Of a stretch of DNA of 64,000 nt, positions 19,667 to 29,310 are shown in pieces (positions within the stretch are counted from its first letter, which is position 1; the number at the start of each line of letters is the position of its first letter). Origin of the DNA: Thermoproteota archaeon (GTDB taxonomy: Archaea; Korarchaeota; Korarchaeia; Korarchaeales; Korarchaeaceae); NCBI GenBank assembly GCA_027491915.1, contig JAOZGC010000002.1, positions 32,001 through 96,000 on the forward strand, read 5' to 3'. The position numbers and the translations under genes are program-made. The notes under the pieces were generated by a model. The model saw only the letters and a program-made list of their open reading frames with translations, was not told where the DNA came from and made no database searches.

Positions 19667-22600
19667 TTGACCGAGATGTACGATGAGTCTGAGGACTATT
19701 TAAAAGAGATATACAAATCGTTCATCTTAGAATTCACCGATGAGAATGGAGTGCCAAAATATAGGCAGTTAGTGACCCAGATGATAGACAGAAAGAGGAG
19801 GTCCCTCCCGGTGGACTATGAGGACCTCAGGGACTACCTGCCGACGCGAGACCTGGCCAGGGAGCTGCTGTCTCACCCGTCCCTTCACATAAAGGCGGCC
19901 TCAGAGGGACTCGCCGATATAGTCTCTTCCAGAATGATCGAGCTCGGATCCGGGTCGGCGGCAGATCTCTACGCGAAACTGCCCTTTCACGTCCGTATAA
20001 GGGGGCTGCCGACCAGCGTTGGCATCAGGGAGATCCACTCCTACCGGCTGGGCTATCTGATCCAGGTCCCCGGGATAGTGACGAGGATCTCAGACGTCTT
20101 CGATCGGGCGATAAAAGTGGCCTACTCCTGTCCCCAAGGCCACGTTCAGTACTACGAGCCCGGAGAGGTCTCTAAAGCCTCCAAGATAACCTGCCGAGAG
20201 TGCGGAGAGCAGATGAAGATGGATCCGGAGAAGACCATATTCGAGAGCTGGCAGGTCATCCGCCTTCAGGAGAGACCAGAGGACCTGCCCCCGGGGACCA
20301 TGCCAAAACACATCGACGCCATACTGACCGACGACCTGGTGGACGAGGTTAAGCCCGGGGACAGGGCCGTCATTACCGCCGAGATAAAGCTCAGAGCGGC
20401 CAGATCGAGGGAAGACGCAGGCTATGGCGTCTTGTTTAAGAGGTATCTTCTTGTAAATCATGTGGAAGTTCCCGCCAGAACTTATGAAAAAATAGATATA
20501 TCTGAGGAGGATAAGCAGAGAATATTGGAGCTATCCAGGGATCCGGATATAGAAAACAAGATAGTGGGATCTATAGCCCCCTCCATCTACGGGATGAGGT
20601 TCGTCAAGAGGGCCATAGCCCTCGCCCTCTTCGGGGGCAGGGGGATGGAGCTGCCGGACGGCACCAAGGTTAGGGGGGAAATAAACCTACTTCTGGTTGG
20701 GGATCCTGGGACCGCGAAGTGCATCGCCCCTGGTACCGTGGTCCTGGTCGAGGATGGGGTCGTCCCGGTGGAGGATCTAATCCCTGATCCGGATCCCGGC
20801 GGCAATCCTGACTCCGAGAGGCTGATCTCGAGCGACGTTAAGATACTGTCTCTCGACTCCGACCTAAAGCTCAGGTGGGTCGAGGCTGCGGCCGTGTCAA
20901 GGAGGCGGAATTGGGGGGACTTGATAGAGATAACCACCGAGAGCGGGCTCAGGATCCGTGTGACCGCCACTCACCCGGTCCTGACGATCAACAAGGAGGG
21001 ACTCATGGAATTCGTTCAGGCCTCCAACATGTCCGAGGGGGACTACCTCGCCGCCCAGGGAAAGATCCCCGCGCCGCCCGCGTTCGCGGCGGAACCGGAT
21101 CTAGGTGGAGCAGACTCGGCCGATTTCGCGGAGCTCCTCGGAGCGTTGCTGCATTCGGCCTCCGTAGAGCAGGATGCGATCAGATTCCGGGTCAACGATT
21201 CCTACCTGGGGAGGATCGAGGCCCTCTTCCCTAAAGTCTTCGGCGGCGCGCTCGAGGAATTCCACTCCAAGGCGGGCGGATCCGTCATCTGCCGACTGAG
21301 GCCGGGCGATCCGGCGGCCGACCTCCTGAGGGAGTACCTCTCCCCCCACAAGACTATACGCTCAATTCCGAATTGGCTCATATTCGGCAGGCGGGAGACT
21401 TTGGAGAGGTTCATCTACGGCTGGATCATGGCCAACTCCCGGACCATAAAGAAGGAGAAGAGGCTGGCCATACCGACCCGGAACGAGCCGACGGCCCATC
21501 AGCTGAGGATGGGCCTGATGAGGTTGGGGGTTCCATTCCCCGAACTCAGGAGGATGAGCTCCGGAATACGCGTCTGCCTGAGGGGCGGGGATTTCAAGGT
21601 CCTCTCCGATAGACTGGCAGCCTCGGGGCTCAATCTTCCAATCCCGCCAGAGCTAGAGAACTCAGGAGGTTTTGATGATAGGATTCCCCACCTAGGGAGA
21701 TTCTTGCACAAGATCAGGAAGGCGATAGGAATCACCATCTCCGAGATACCCATTCCCCAGCAGACCTACAGGAGGTACGAGGACGGCGCGTCGGCCATCC
21801 CCCGATCGAGGCTGCTAGCCGTACTCGAGTCTTTCCGCCGAAAGGTGTCCCAACTGTTGGACTCCGGGATTGAGGTGGATGGGGACGTCCTGGATCACCT
21901 GGCTTACCTAGAGGAAGTCGCCAGGTCGGACATCGTGTGGGATAGGATAATCTCGGTGAGACGGGTTCACGGATCCAGGTGGGTCTACGACGTTGAAGTT
22001 CCATTCACGAGAAATTTTGTCGCCGCTGGATTCGTAGTACACAACAGCCAGCTGCTGAAGTACACAGCCCAGCTGGCTCCGAGGGGGCTGTATACCACCG
22101 GCAAGGGGGCCACGGCCGCAGGTCTGACGGCCGCGGTGGTCAGAGATGCATCCACGGGAGGGTGGACTCTAGAGGCCGGGGCCCTGGTACTGGCAGATAG
22201 GGGAACGGCCTGCATAGACGAGTTCGACAAGATGAACGAGGACGACAGGAGGGCTATTCACGAGGCTATGGAGCAGCAGACGATCTCCATAGCCAAGGCT
22301 GGGATAGTAGCAACCCTAAACGCCAGAACCACGATAATAGCCGCCGCAAACCCCAAGAGGGGGAGGTATGATCCACTGCTGAGCGTGGCCGACAACATAA
22401 ACCTGCCGCCAACGATACTCTCCAGGTTCGACCTGATCTACGTGTTGAGGGACCTGCCCCAGGAGGACAGGGACGAGCTGGTCGCCGAGCACATACTCAG
22501 CGCCAGGATGGGGACCAACCCAAACGTGAACCCCCCGATTCAGTTGGACCTCCTTAAGAAGTACATCTCCTTCGCCAGGGAAAACGTCTCCCCAGTCCTA

Positions 22601-23116
22601 ACCAGGGAGGCAGCCGACGTAATCAGGAACTACTACTTGGAGATGAGGGGGATGAGCGGTCAGTACTCCGAGCGAGGTTCTGAGATGCCCATCGCACTAA
22701 CCGCCAGGCAGCTGGAGGCCCTCATCAGGTTATCCGAGGCCAGGGCCCGCTTGTTCCTCAGGAACTACGTGACGGAGGAGGACGCCAGAGTCGCGGTGGA
22801 GCTCATGGACCGCATGCTGAGGCAGGTCACCTACGACGAGACCGCCGGGGCCCTGGACATATCCGGGGTGGCCGGCCCCTTCATATCCGCCGCGAAGAGG
22901 AGGGAAGAGATACACAGGATATTGGTGCGTCTGAGCAGCAAGTACGAGGATGGGGCCGTCCCAGAGAACGAACTGCTGGACGAGGCCGAGAGAATCCTGC
23001 GCACCTCCAAGGACATACTAATGAGGGACCTGGACGTGCTGAAGGACAGCGGGCTGATCCTGATGCCTAAGGTAGGATACGTGAAACTCGCCTACAGCAG
23101 GGAGAGGATGGGTTGA
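19667..23116 (+). CDS. mcm: MCM replicative helicase containing one intein
   Basis: Zn motif CPQGH/CRECG, LQERPE, GDPGTAK|intein|SQLL, AAGLTAAV, CIDEFDKM, IHEAMEQQ, SRFD. Confidence 0.97.
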   Translation: MTEMYDESEDYLKEIYKSFILEFTDENGVPKYRQLVTQMIDRKRRSLPVDYEDLRDYLPTRDLARELLSHPSLHIKAASEGLADIVSSRMIELGSGSAADLYAKLPFHVRIRGLPTSVGIREIHSYRLGYLIQVPGIVTRISDVFDRAIKVAYSCPQGHVQYYEPGEVSKASKITCRECGEQMKMDPEKTIFESWQVIRLQERPEDLPPGTMPKHIDAILTDDLVDEVKPGDRAVITAEIKLRAARSREDAGYGVLFKRYLLVNHVEVPARTYEKIDISEEDKQRILELSRDPDIENKIVGSIAPSIYGMRFVKRAIALALFGGRGMELPDGTKVRGEINLLLVGDPGTAKCIAPGTVVLVEDGVVPVEDLIPDPDPGGNPDSERLISSDVKILSLDSDLKLRWVEAAAVSRRRNWGDLIEITTESGLRIRVTATHPVLTINKEGLMEFVQASNMSEGDYLAAQGKIPAPPAFAAEPDLGGADSADFAELLGALLHSASVEQDAIRFRVNDSYLGRIEALFPKVFGGALEEFHSKAGGSVICRLRPGDPAADLLREYLSPHKTIRSIPNWLIFGRRETLERFIYGWIMANSRTIKKEKRLAIPTRNEPTAHQLRMGLMRLGVPFPELRRMSSGIRVCLRGGDFKVLSDRLAASGLNLPIPPELENSGGFDDRIPHLGRFLHKIRKAIGITISEIPIPQQTYRRYEDGASAIPRSRLLAVLESFRRKVSQLLDSGIEVDGDVLDHLAYLEEVARSDIVWDRIISVRRVHGSRWVYDVEVPFTRNFVAAGFVVHNSQLLKYTAQLAPRGLYTTGKGATAAGLTAAVVRDASTGGWTLEAGALVLADRGTACIDEFDKMNEDDRRAIHEAMEQQTISIAKAGIVATLNARTTIIAAANPKRGRYDPLLSVADNINLPPTILSRFDLIYVLRDLPQEDRDELVAEHILSARMGTNPNVNPPIQLDLLKKYISFARENVSPVLTREAADVIRNYYLEMRGMSGQYSERGSEMPIALTARQLEALIRLSEARARLFLRNYVTEEDARVAVELMDRMLRQVTYDETAGALDISGVAGPFISAAKRREEIHRILVRLSSKYEDGAVPENELLDEAERILRTSKDILMRDLDVLKDSGLILMPKVGYVKLAYSRERMG
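20720..22045 (+). mobile_element. Intein (442 aa) in the MCM Walker A motif, with degenerate LAGLIDADG endonuclease and HTH-like insert
   Basis: Starts CIAPGT after GDPGTAK; block B TATHP; ends VYDVEVPFTRNFVAAGFVVHN followed by Ser. Confidence 0.95.
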
Positions 23117-25317
23117 CCCGCCCCGGAGGGGGAACTCGCGTGGGGGGGAATTTAGAGGATCTTCCTCTTCCAGAAGAGCTTAGGAAGATCCTCAGGAGCT
23201 GGGGCATAGAACGCCTCTACCCGCCGCAGATGGCGGTCGTCGAGAGGGGGCTCATCTCGCGCGGCAACTTCGTCCTGGCCTCGCCCACAGCCAGCGGCAA
23301 GACCCTGGCTGCGGAGCTGGCCATGATCTCGAGCCTCTTAAAGGGGGGGAAGGTGCTCTATGCGGTTCCCCTGAGGGCTCTCGCGGCGGAGAAACTCAAC
23401 TCTTTCGGCAAGAGATATGGGTCTCTTGGCTTCTCCGTCAGGATGACCATCGGCGACTTTGACTCGTCTGAGGAGCCGCTCGGGTGGGACGATCTGATAA
23501 TCTTGACCTACGAGAAGCTGGACTCCATAATAAGGCACGGCGCATCCTGGTTGTCCTCCATCTCATGCGCCGTTTTCGATGAGATACATTACGTCGGAGA
23601 CCCGTACAGGGGCCCCACCATCGAGATGACCGTCGCCAAGTTCTTGGACGTGAACCGCTCGTCCAGGGTGATCGCCCTCAGCGCCACCATAGCCAACCTG
23701 GATCAGGTGGCCGAATGGCTGCGGGCCGTCCCTATAGCCGTCGATTGGAGGCCCGTTCCGCTTGAGATATGCACTTACTCCCAGGGATTTCTCTTCTGTG
23801 GAGGGGGAAGTAGGGAGATTGAGCGAGAGACTGGGGTCGACGATCTGGACGTGGTGCTTGAGACTCTGCGGTCCGGAGGTCAGGCGCTGGTCTTCTACCC
23901 AACCAGGAGGGGGGCCGTGGCCGGGGCAAAGAGGTTCTCCAAACTCATCTCTAGCAGGGGTATTCCACTGGACTCGGAGTTCCTGCGTGAGCTGGCCAGG
24001 GATCTCCTTGACAGCGAGCCGCCGTCTCACCTGATAGAGGAGCTCGCCGCTGTAATCAGGGGAGGATCTGCCTTCCACCACGCTGGCCTCAGCCACGGGG
24101 CCAGGGTGGCCGTCGAGGAGGCCTTCCGCTCGGGCAAGCTTTTGGTCATAGCGGCCACCCCGACCCTGGCGGCGGGCGTCAATCTCCCCGCCAGGACCGT
24201 CGTCGTGAAATCACATAAGAGGTACGATTCCAGGGCCGGAAGGTCAACGTCCATGAGCGTCATGGAATTCCTCCAGATGGCTGGCCGAGCCGGACGGCCC
24301 GGTTACGACGATCTCGGGAGGGCGGTCTTACTGGCCAAATCGACCATAGAGGCACTGGATCTCTTGGAGACCTACAAACCGGCTAACTTAGAGCCAATAA
24401 CGTCGAACCTGAACGATCCGACCATGGTCAGGTTTCACCTCCTCTCCGTGCTGGCCATGAAGTCTCCCACCACCTGGGATGACGTCATGGAAACGTGGTC
24501 CAAAACACTAATATTTATTCAGGCATCTATTAATGATATATACTCAAATCTGAGAGAATCAGCAGATTTCTTGGCAGAAGCTGGGTTCATCAAGGAAGCA
24601 GGCGGCAACATCTGGGCGACCAGGATCGGCGAGAGGGTCTCCGAGCTCTACATAGATCCGGTCTCGGCTCTGCTGTTGTTGAAGGCCGTCGATAAGATGT
24701 CCGCCGGAGCCGCCGAGGAGATGGCGATCCTTCAGGTGATCTCCATCCTGCCCGATATGCCAAGGCCCTCGATCGGAAGGCGGGATCTCGATCTGCTGGC
24801 AGAGGTTGACGCCTCCCTCTCGCCCCTAATCCCCCCCGACGATCTTCCCCTCGGACTTGCGTCAGACTATCCGCGCTCCCTCAAGACCGCGGTGATCCTC
24901 TCCATGTGGATAGGGGAGGCCTCCGAACGGGAACTAGAAGAGAGGCTGAGGGTCGAACCCGGGGACGTCAGGAGATACGCAGAGATAGCGTCATGGCTGG
25001 CCTACGCCGCCTCTGAGCTGGCCAGACTCAGAGGGGGAACCAAGATCGGGGCGACGAAGTTCTTCAGGGAGCTCTCGGTGCGGCTTAAGTACGGCGTGAG
25101 GCCCGAGCTCATACCCCTCATATCCATCAGGGGGATCGGCAGGCGCAGGGCTAGAACGCTCTATCGGGCTGGCTTCACCGACCTGAGAACTCTGGCCTCG
25201 ACCGAACCGGGGAGGTTGGAGTCCCTCCCGGGGATAGGCCCAAAGCTCGCGAAGGATATCGTTTTGTACGCCAGGTCCAGGATTGGCGGGAGTGGGTATG
25301 CCAGTCCACCCGATTGA
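23113..25317 (+). CDS. hel308: Hel308/Hjm Ski2-like DNA helicase
   Basis: SPTASGKT, DEIH, LSAT, HHAGL, TPTLAAGVNLPA, QMAGRAGRP, C-terminal HhH. Confidence 0.93.
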   Translation: MTRPGGGTRVGGNLEDLPLPEELRKILRSWGIERLYPPQMAVVERGLISRGNFVLASPTASGKTLAAELAMISSLLKGGKVLYAVPLRALAAEKLNSFGKRYGSLGFSVRMTIGDFDSSEEPLGWDDLIILTYEKLDSIIRHGASWLSSISCAVFDEIHYVGDPYRGPTIEMTVAKFLDVNRSSRVIALSATIANLDQVAEWLRAVPIAVDWRPVPLEICTYSQGFLFCGGGSREIERETGVDDLDVVLETLRSGGQALVFYPTRRGAVAGAKRFSKLISSRGIPLDSEFLRELARDLLDSEPPSHLIEELAAVIRGGSAFHHAGLSHGARVAVEEAFRSGKLLVIAATPTLAAGVNLPARTVVVKSHKRYDSRAGRSTSMSVMEFLQMAGRAGRPGYDDLGRAVLLAKSTIEALDLLETYKPANLEPITSNLNDPTMVRFHLLSVLAMKSPTTWDDVMETWSKTLIFIQASINDIYSNLRESADFLAEAGFIKEAGGNIWATRIGERVSELYIDPVSALLLLKAVDKMSAGAAEEMAILQVISILPDMPRPSIGRRDLDLLAEVDASLSPLIPPDDLPLGLASDYPRSLKTAVILSMWIGEASERELEERLRVEPGDVRRYAEIASWLAYAASELARLRGGTKIGATKFFRELSVRLKYGVRPELIPLISIRGIGRRRARTLYRAGFTDLRTLASTEPGRLESLPGIGPKLAKDIVLYARSRIGGSGYASPPD

Positions 25318-26647
25318 GTACAGATACGGCAGCCCCGAGATGAGGAACATCTTCTCGTTGGAGAATCGTTATCGCCTGATGATCAGGGTAGAAGTTGCCC
25401 TGGCCAGGGCGGAGGCTGAGGTGGGCCTCATTCCGAGGTCTGCGGCGGAAGCCATAGAATCTGCCGCGGATAGGGTTGACCTGAATAGAATCTCTGAGAT
25501 AGAGCGGGAGATAGGTCACGAGACCATGGCCCTCGTCAGAGCGCTCGCCGAGGCCGCCGGCGAGTACGGAGAGTACGTCCATTTTGGGGTGACGTCCAAC
25601 GACATATTGGACACCACGACCGCCCTGCAAATAGTAGAGGCCTCCAAAATAGTGTCCAGGAAGTTGAGGAGTCTCCTTCGAGTCCTGATCGACAGGGGCA
25701 GGGATCTGCTGGACGTCCCCGCTCTTGGTAGAACTCACGGGATGGCCGCCCTGCCAATCCCCTTCGGATTCAAGTTCGCCGTCTGGGCGACTATGGTGCT
25801 CAGGGGGCTCCAGAGATTCGAATCGGCGGCCTCCAAGGCCGCCGTCGGTAAGGTTTCCGGGGCCGTCGGAACCATGGCCGCCCTAGGGGGTGCCGGCCCG
25901 GAGGTGCAGAGGAGGACGATGGCCCTACTCGGACTGAGACCGGCGACGATAACCACCCAGGTCGTGCCCAGGGATCTGTTGGCGGATCTTATTCTATCTA
26001 TGTCCCTCTTATCTACAATTTTCGATACGATAGCCAATGAAATAAGAAATCTTCAGCGAACTGAGATAGGAGAAGTAGAGGAGCCTTTCAGGACCGAGAC
26101 TCAGGTGGGATCCAGCACTATGCCCCATAAGAAGAACCCGATAGTGTCGGAGAAGGTGTGCGGACTGGCGCGGGTAATGAGGGGTCTCTCGGTCGCCGCC
26201 CTGGAGAACGTCGTTCTGGAGCACGAGAGAGACTTAACCAACAGCTCTGCCGAGAGGATCATTCTCCCGGAGGCTTTTCTGATAATCGACGAACAGCTGG
26301 ACTCTCTAGTGGGGATCATGTCCGGCCTCAGGGTGAGGGTCGACAGGATAGAAGAGAACCTCAGGAGAGCCGGGACTTTCATACTCGCCGAGAGGATAAT
26401 GATCGAACTTGCCAGGAGGGGGCTTGGCAGACAGACTGCCCACGAGCTGATCAGGAAATTGGCCATGGATTCTTACGATAAGGGGGTCGACCTGTCTGAA
26501 ACCTTGAAATCCGACGAGAGGGTGAGGGCGATCCTGGGGGCCGATCTCGAGGAGCTGCTCGATCCTAGGACCTACCTGGGAATGGGGAGAGAACTGGCGG
26601 AGAGGGCCTTTGACGAGGTGAACTCATTTTTACGGGAGACCTCATGA
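25298..26647 (+). CDS. purB: Adenylosuccinate lyase
   Basis: YRYGSPEM, HFGVTSNDI, GRTHG, GSSTMPHKKNP, HERDLTNSS. Confidence 0.97.
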   Translation: MPVHPIEYRYGSPEMRNIFSLENRYRLMIRVEVALARAEAEVGLIPRSAAEAIESAADRVDLNRISEIEREIGHETMALVRALAEAAGEYGEYVHFGVTSNDILDTTTALQIVEASKIVSRKLRSLLRVLIDRGRDLLDVPALGRTHGMAALPIPFGFKFAVWATMVLRGLQRFESAASKAAVGKVSGAVGTMAALGGAGPEVQRRTMALLGLRPATITTQVVPRDLLADLILSMSLLSTIFDTIANEIRNLQRTEIGEVEEPFRTETQVGSSTMPHKKNPIVSEKVCGLARVMRGLSVAALENVVLEHERDLTNSSAERIILPEAFLIIDEQLDSLVGIMSGLRVRVDRIEENLRRAGTFILAERIMIELARRGLGRQTAHELIRKLAMDSYDKGVDLSETLKSDERVRAILGADLEELLDPRTYLGMGRELAERAFDEVNSFLRETS

Positions 26648-26680
26648 CGTCCGGCTGAAACCTGTAATGGGGGGAGGAGA

Positions 26681-28003
26681 CTGAACCTCCGGCTGAGGTT
26701 CTTGGGAGGGGCCGGGCAGGTCGGCCGATCTTCGATAGAGGTGGTCTACGGACGGACCAGATTGATACTGGACTCTGGGATACACCCAGGCGAGACCGGC
26801 GCCGGGAGGTATCCCCTCCGCCCGGACGGCGACCCAGATTTCCTCATCGTGACTCACGCTCACGTGGACCACTCCGGATACTCCCCGGCCCTGGTCAGGG
26901 AATACGGCTGCGACGTCGTCGCTACCCCCCCAACCAGGGACTTCTCCGAGCCCCTGCTCGTCGACGGCATCAACCTGACCCCGAGGGGGGAGAACCCCCC
27001 CTACTCCAACGAGGACGTCATGGCGCTGAGGAGGAAGGAAAAGCCGGTTAGATACGGGGAGGATCTGAGCCTGGGAGAGATCACCCTCAGGCTGCTGGAT
27101 GCGGGTCACGTCTTGGGAAGCGCCATGGTCCACCTGGAGGCCGACGACGGCCCCAGTCTGCTCTACACCGGGGATATCAACGTCGGGCGGACGAGGATTC
27201 TCTCGGGGGCCGAACCCTCCCCGCCGCCTGTGGATTACCTGATAATAGAGTCGACCTATGGGGGAGACGAGGATAGGCACCCGGCCAGGAAGAGGGTCGA
27301 GAAGAAGTTCGCCTCAGACATTTCTCAGACGATTAAATCGGGCGGCTCCGTCCTGATACCGGCCTTCGCCCTCGGCAGGGCCCAGGAGGTGCTGATGACC
27401 CTCATATCTTACATGGAATCCGGGGTCATTCCGGAGGTCCCCGTATTCATAGACGGCATGATACGTGAGATAAACAGAATATCCTCCCTTTACTGGAGTT
27501 GGATGAGGCCGGAGATAAGGAACAGGGTACGTCGGAGCAGGAGGATGCCCTTCGAACATCCCTATATCGAGCCCGTCGACGACCGGTCGGAGATCCTGGA
27601 GATCGCGGAGCCGCACATTGTGGTCACGACCTCCGGGATGCTCCAAGGGGGACCAGTCGTGGAGTACCTACCCAGATACGCGGTAAATCCGCAGAATCTC
27701 ATCTATCTCACCGGTTACCAAGTCAGGGGGACCAGAGGAAGAGACCTGCTGGAGGGGAGGAGGAAAGTCTCCCTTCCGGGAGGAGGGACCTTGGAGGTCA
27801 GGTCCAGGGTAGAGTTTGCGGATTTCTCTGCGCATTCCGATCAAAGTGGGCTCCTCCAATACATTTCTAGGATCCCAGATCTGAAGGAGGTCCTGATAGT
27901 GCACGGAGAACCGAAGAAAGCCAGACAACTGAGATCTAAGGTGGAGAGGAGGGGGCTCATGGCCTACGTGCCCTCGGTGGGAGAGAGGCTCTCACTAGGT
28001 TAA
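26681..28003 (+). CDS. MBL/beta-CASP ribonuclease lacking N-terminal KH domains (aCPSF-like)
   Basis: FLGGAGQVGRS, THAHVDH, AGHVLGS, YTGD, ESTYG, FSAHSD, VHGE; start probably CTG (see findings). Confidence 0.9.
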   Translation: MNLRLRFLGGAGQVGRSSIEVVYGRTRLILDSGIHPGETGAGRYPLRPDGDPDFLIVTHAHVDHSGYSPALVREYGCDVVATPPTRDFSEPLLVDGINLTPRGENPPYSNEDVMALRRKEKPVRYGEDLSLGEITLRLLDAGHVLGSAMVHLEADDGPSLLYTGDINVGRTRILSGAEPSPPPVDYLIIESTYGGDEDRHPARKRVEKKFASDISQTIKSGGSVLIPAFALGRAQEVLMTLISYMESGVIPEVPVFIDGMIREINRISSLYWSWMRPEIRNRVRRSRRMPFEHPYIEPVDDRSEILEIAEPHIVVTTSGMLQGGPVVEYLPRYAVNPQNLIYLTGYQVRGTRGRDLLEGRRKVSLPGGGTLEVRSRVEFADFSAHSDQSGLLQYISRIPDLKEVLIVHGEPKKARQLRSKVERRGLMAYVPSVGERLSLG

Positions 28004-28065
28004 TATCCTGGTATTAAAATCGCCTGCTCAAGATAAAAACCCGGCGTGGCCCACCCAAGTGGGAT

Positions 28066-28725
28066 ATGCCCTACGGTGCCGTCGCGCTCGAGGAGAGGAG
28101 ATCCTTGAATCCAATATCCTGGCTGATGAGGGTCATCAGGAGGACCAGGAGGCTGAATCTGGGCATATACGGTCCGGTGAACTCAGGCAAGACCACCCTC
28201 GCCAATAGGATAGCCGCCGACTTCGGCGGCGGCGAGGTGGGCAGCGTCAGCAGAGTCCCTCACGAAACTAGAGAGGTCCAGTTCAGCGAGCAGATAGACA
28301 TGAGGTTGGACGGCGCCGGGAGGATCCTGCTGACCGTGGTCGACACCCCAGGCCTGGCCACCAAGATAACGTATAGGACCTTCCTTAGATATGGTTTCAA
28401 GAAGAGCGAAGCCCTAAAAAGGGCTAGAGAGGCCGCTAAGGGAGTTGTCGAGGCCATAAGATCCCTGGATCTTGTGGACGCGGCCCTGATGGTGTTAGAC
28501 TCCACAAAGGATCCGCTGATGCAGGTCAACCTCATACTCCTCGGAAACCTACAGGCCAGGTCTATCCCGACGATTGTGGTCGCCAACAAGATAGACCTCC
28601 CCCACTCCCAGCCTTGGAAGGTTCAGGGGGCCTACCCAGACTACACGGTCATTCCCGTATCCGCCCTGAGGGGGACCAACTTCGATAAGTTGTACAGGGC
28701 GATAGCGGAGGTGGCCAGAAAGTGA
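28066..28725 (+). CDS. OapA/ArvA-like (Era-like) small GTPase
   Basis: GIYGPVNSGKTTLANRI, PHETR, DTPG, RAREAAKGVVEAI, DPLMQVN, NKID, SAL. Confidence 0.85.
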   Translation: MPYGAVALEERRSLNPISWLMRVIRRTRRLNLGIYGPVNSGKTTLANRIAADFGGGEVGSVSRVPHETREVQFSEQIDMRLDGAGRILLTVVDTPGLATKITYRTFLRYGFKKSEALKRAREAAKGVVEAIRSLDLVDAALMVLDSTKDPLMQVNLILLGNLQARSIPTIVVANKIDLPHSQPWKVQGAYPDYTVIPVSALRGTNFDKLYRAIAEVARK

Positions 28726-28994
28726 GGGGAATAATAGTCTATAGGGAACCGCCCTCTAAGGAAGAGATGCTAGACGGATTGTCCAGGGGAGACGTGTTGG
28801 TTCTCCCGTCGGCCAGGCCAGAGGAAGTCGTGGCCCTCTTGGAGGAGATCTTAGAGTCTGAGACCGTCGGCGACGATCCCGTGGGTTTCGAGTCGGAGTT
28901 CTTAGGACCGGACGGACCGGCGGTTATAGTGCCTCCGAGATCTGCCCGCCTGAAGAGGTCTAAGAACCGCATAATAATAGACGTGGTGGGTTAA
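28722..28994 (+). CDS. Divergent OapB/DUF2073-like protein
   Basis: GDVLVL...PEEVVALLE...GFESE...VIVP pattern; position between the GTPase and the Zn-ribbon gene. Confidence 0.55.
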   Translation: MRGIIVYREPPSKEEMLDGLSRGDVLVLPSARPEEVVALLEEILESETVGDDPVGFESEFLGPDGPAVIVPPRSARLKRSKNRIIIDVVG

Positions 28995-28995
28995 A

Positions 28996-29310
28996 TTGGC
29001 ATTCATGGCGGTGGTCGTCTGTCACCGCTGCGGGTTCTCCAAGATCTATCCGGCGGAGGACGTCCCGGAGGGATGTCCATCCTGCGGGTTCGGAGACCTC
29101 TCGGTATCAGTCTTTAAGGGATGGGATTCGTCCCTCAACGATCGTCGTCCCAGAAAGTTTGGGAAGCCTAGTTTCAGGAAGAGAAGGGTTGCGGTTCCCA
29201 TACTGAAGGTCGACGAGGGCAGGTTTCTGCTTAACCTGCCTCTGCTCTTTGAAGCCGATCCGGCGCCGATAGCCGAGCTGGGGTCGGGAGAATTCGAGCT
29301 TATAACCTAA
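28996..29310 (+). CDS. OapC/DUF2072-like Zn-ribbon protein
   Basis: CHRCG...GCPSCG; C-terminal GRFLLNLPLLF...GEFEL. Confidence 0.7.
   Translation: MAFMAVVVCHRCGFSKIYPAEDVPEGCPSCGFGDLSVSVFKGWDSSLNDRRPRKFGKPSFRKRRVAVPILKVDEGRFLLNLPLLFEADPAPIAELGSGEFELIT

Noticed and set aside
26643-26685. C/D-box-like ATGACG...CTGA...CTGA
   Set aside because: First guide region too short and no C' box; better explained as the purB stop plus the next gene's RBS
28004-28065. Replication origin next to the oap-like operon
   Set aside because: Only about 60 bp, no ORB-like repeats, and no cdc6/orc1 or whiP in the window
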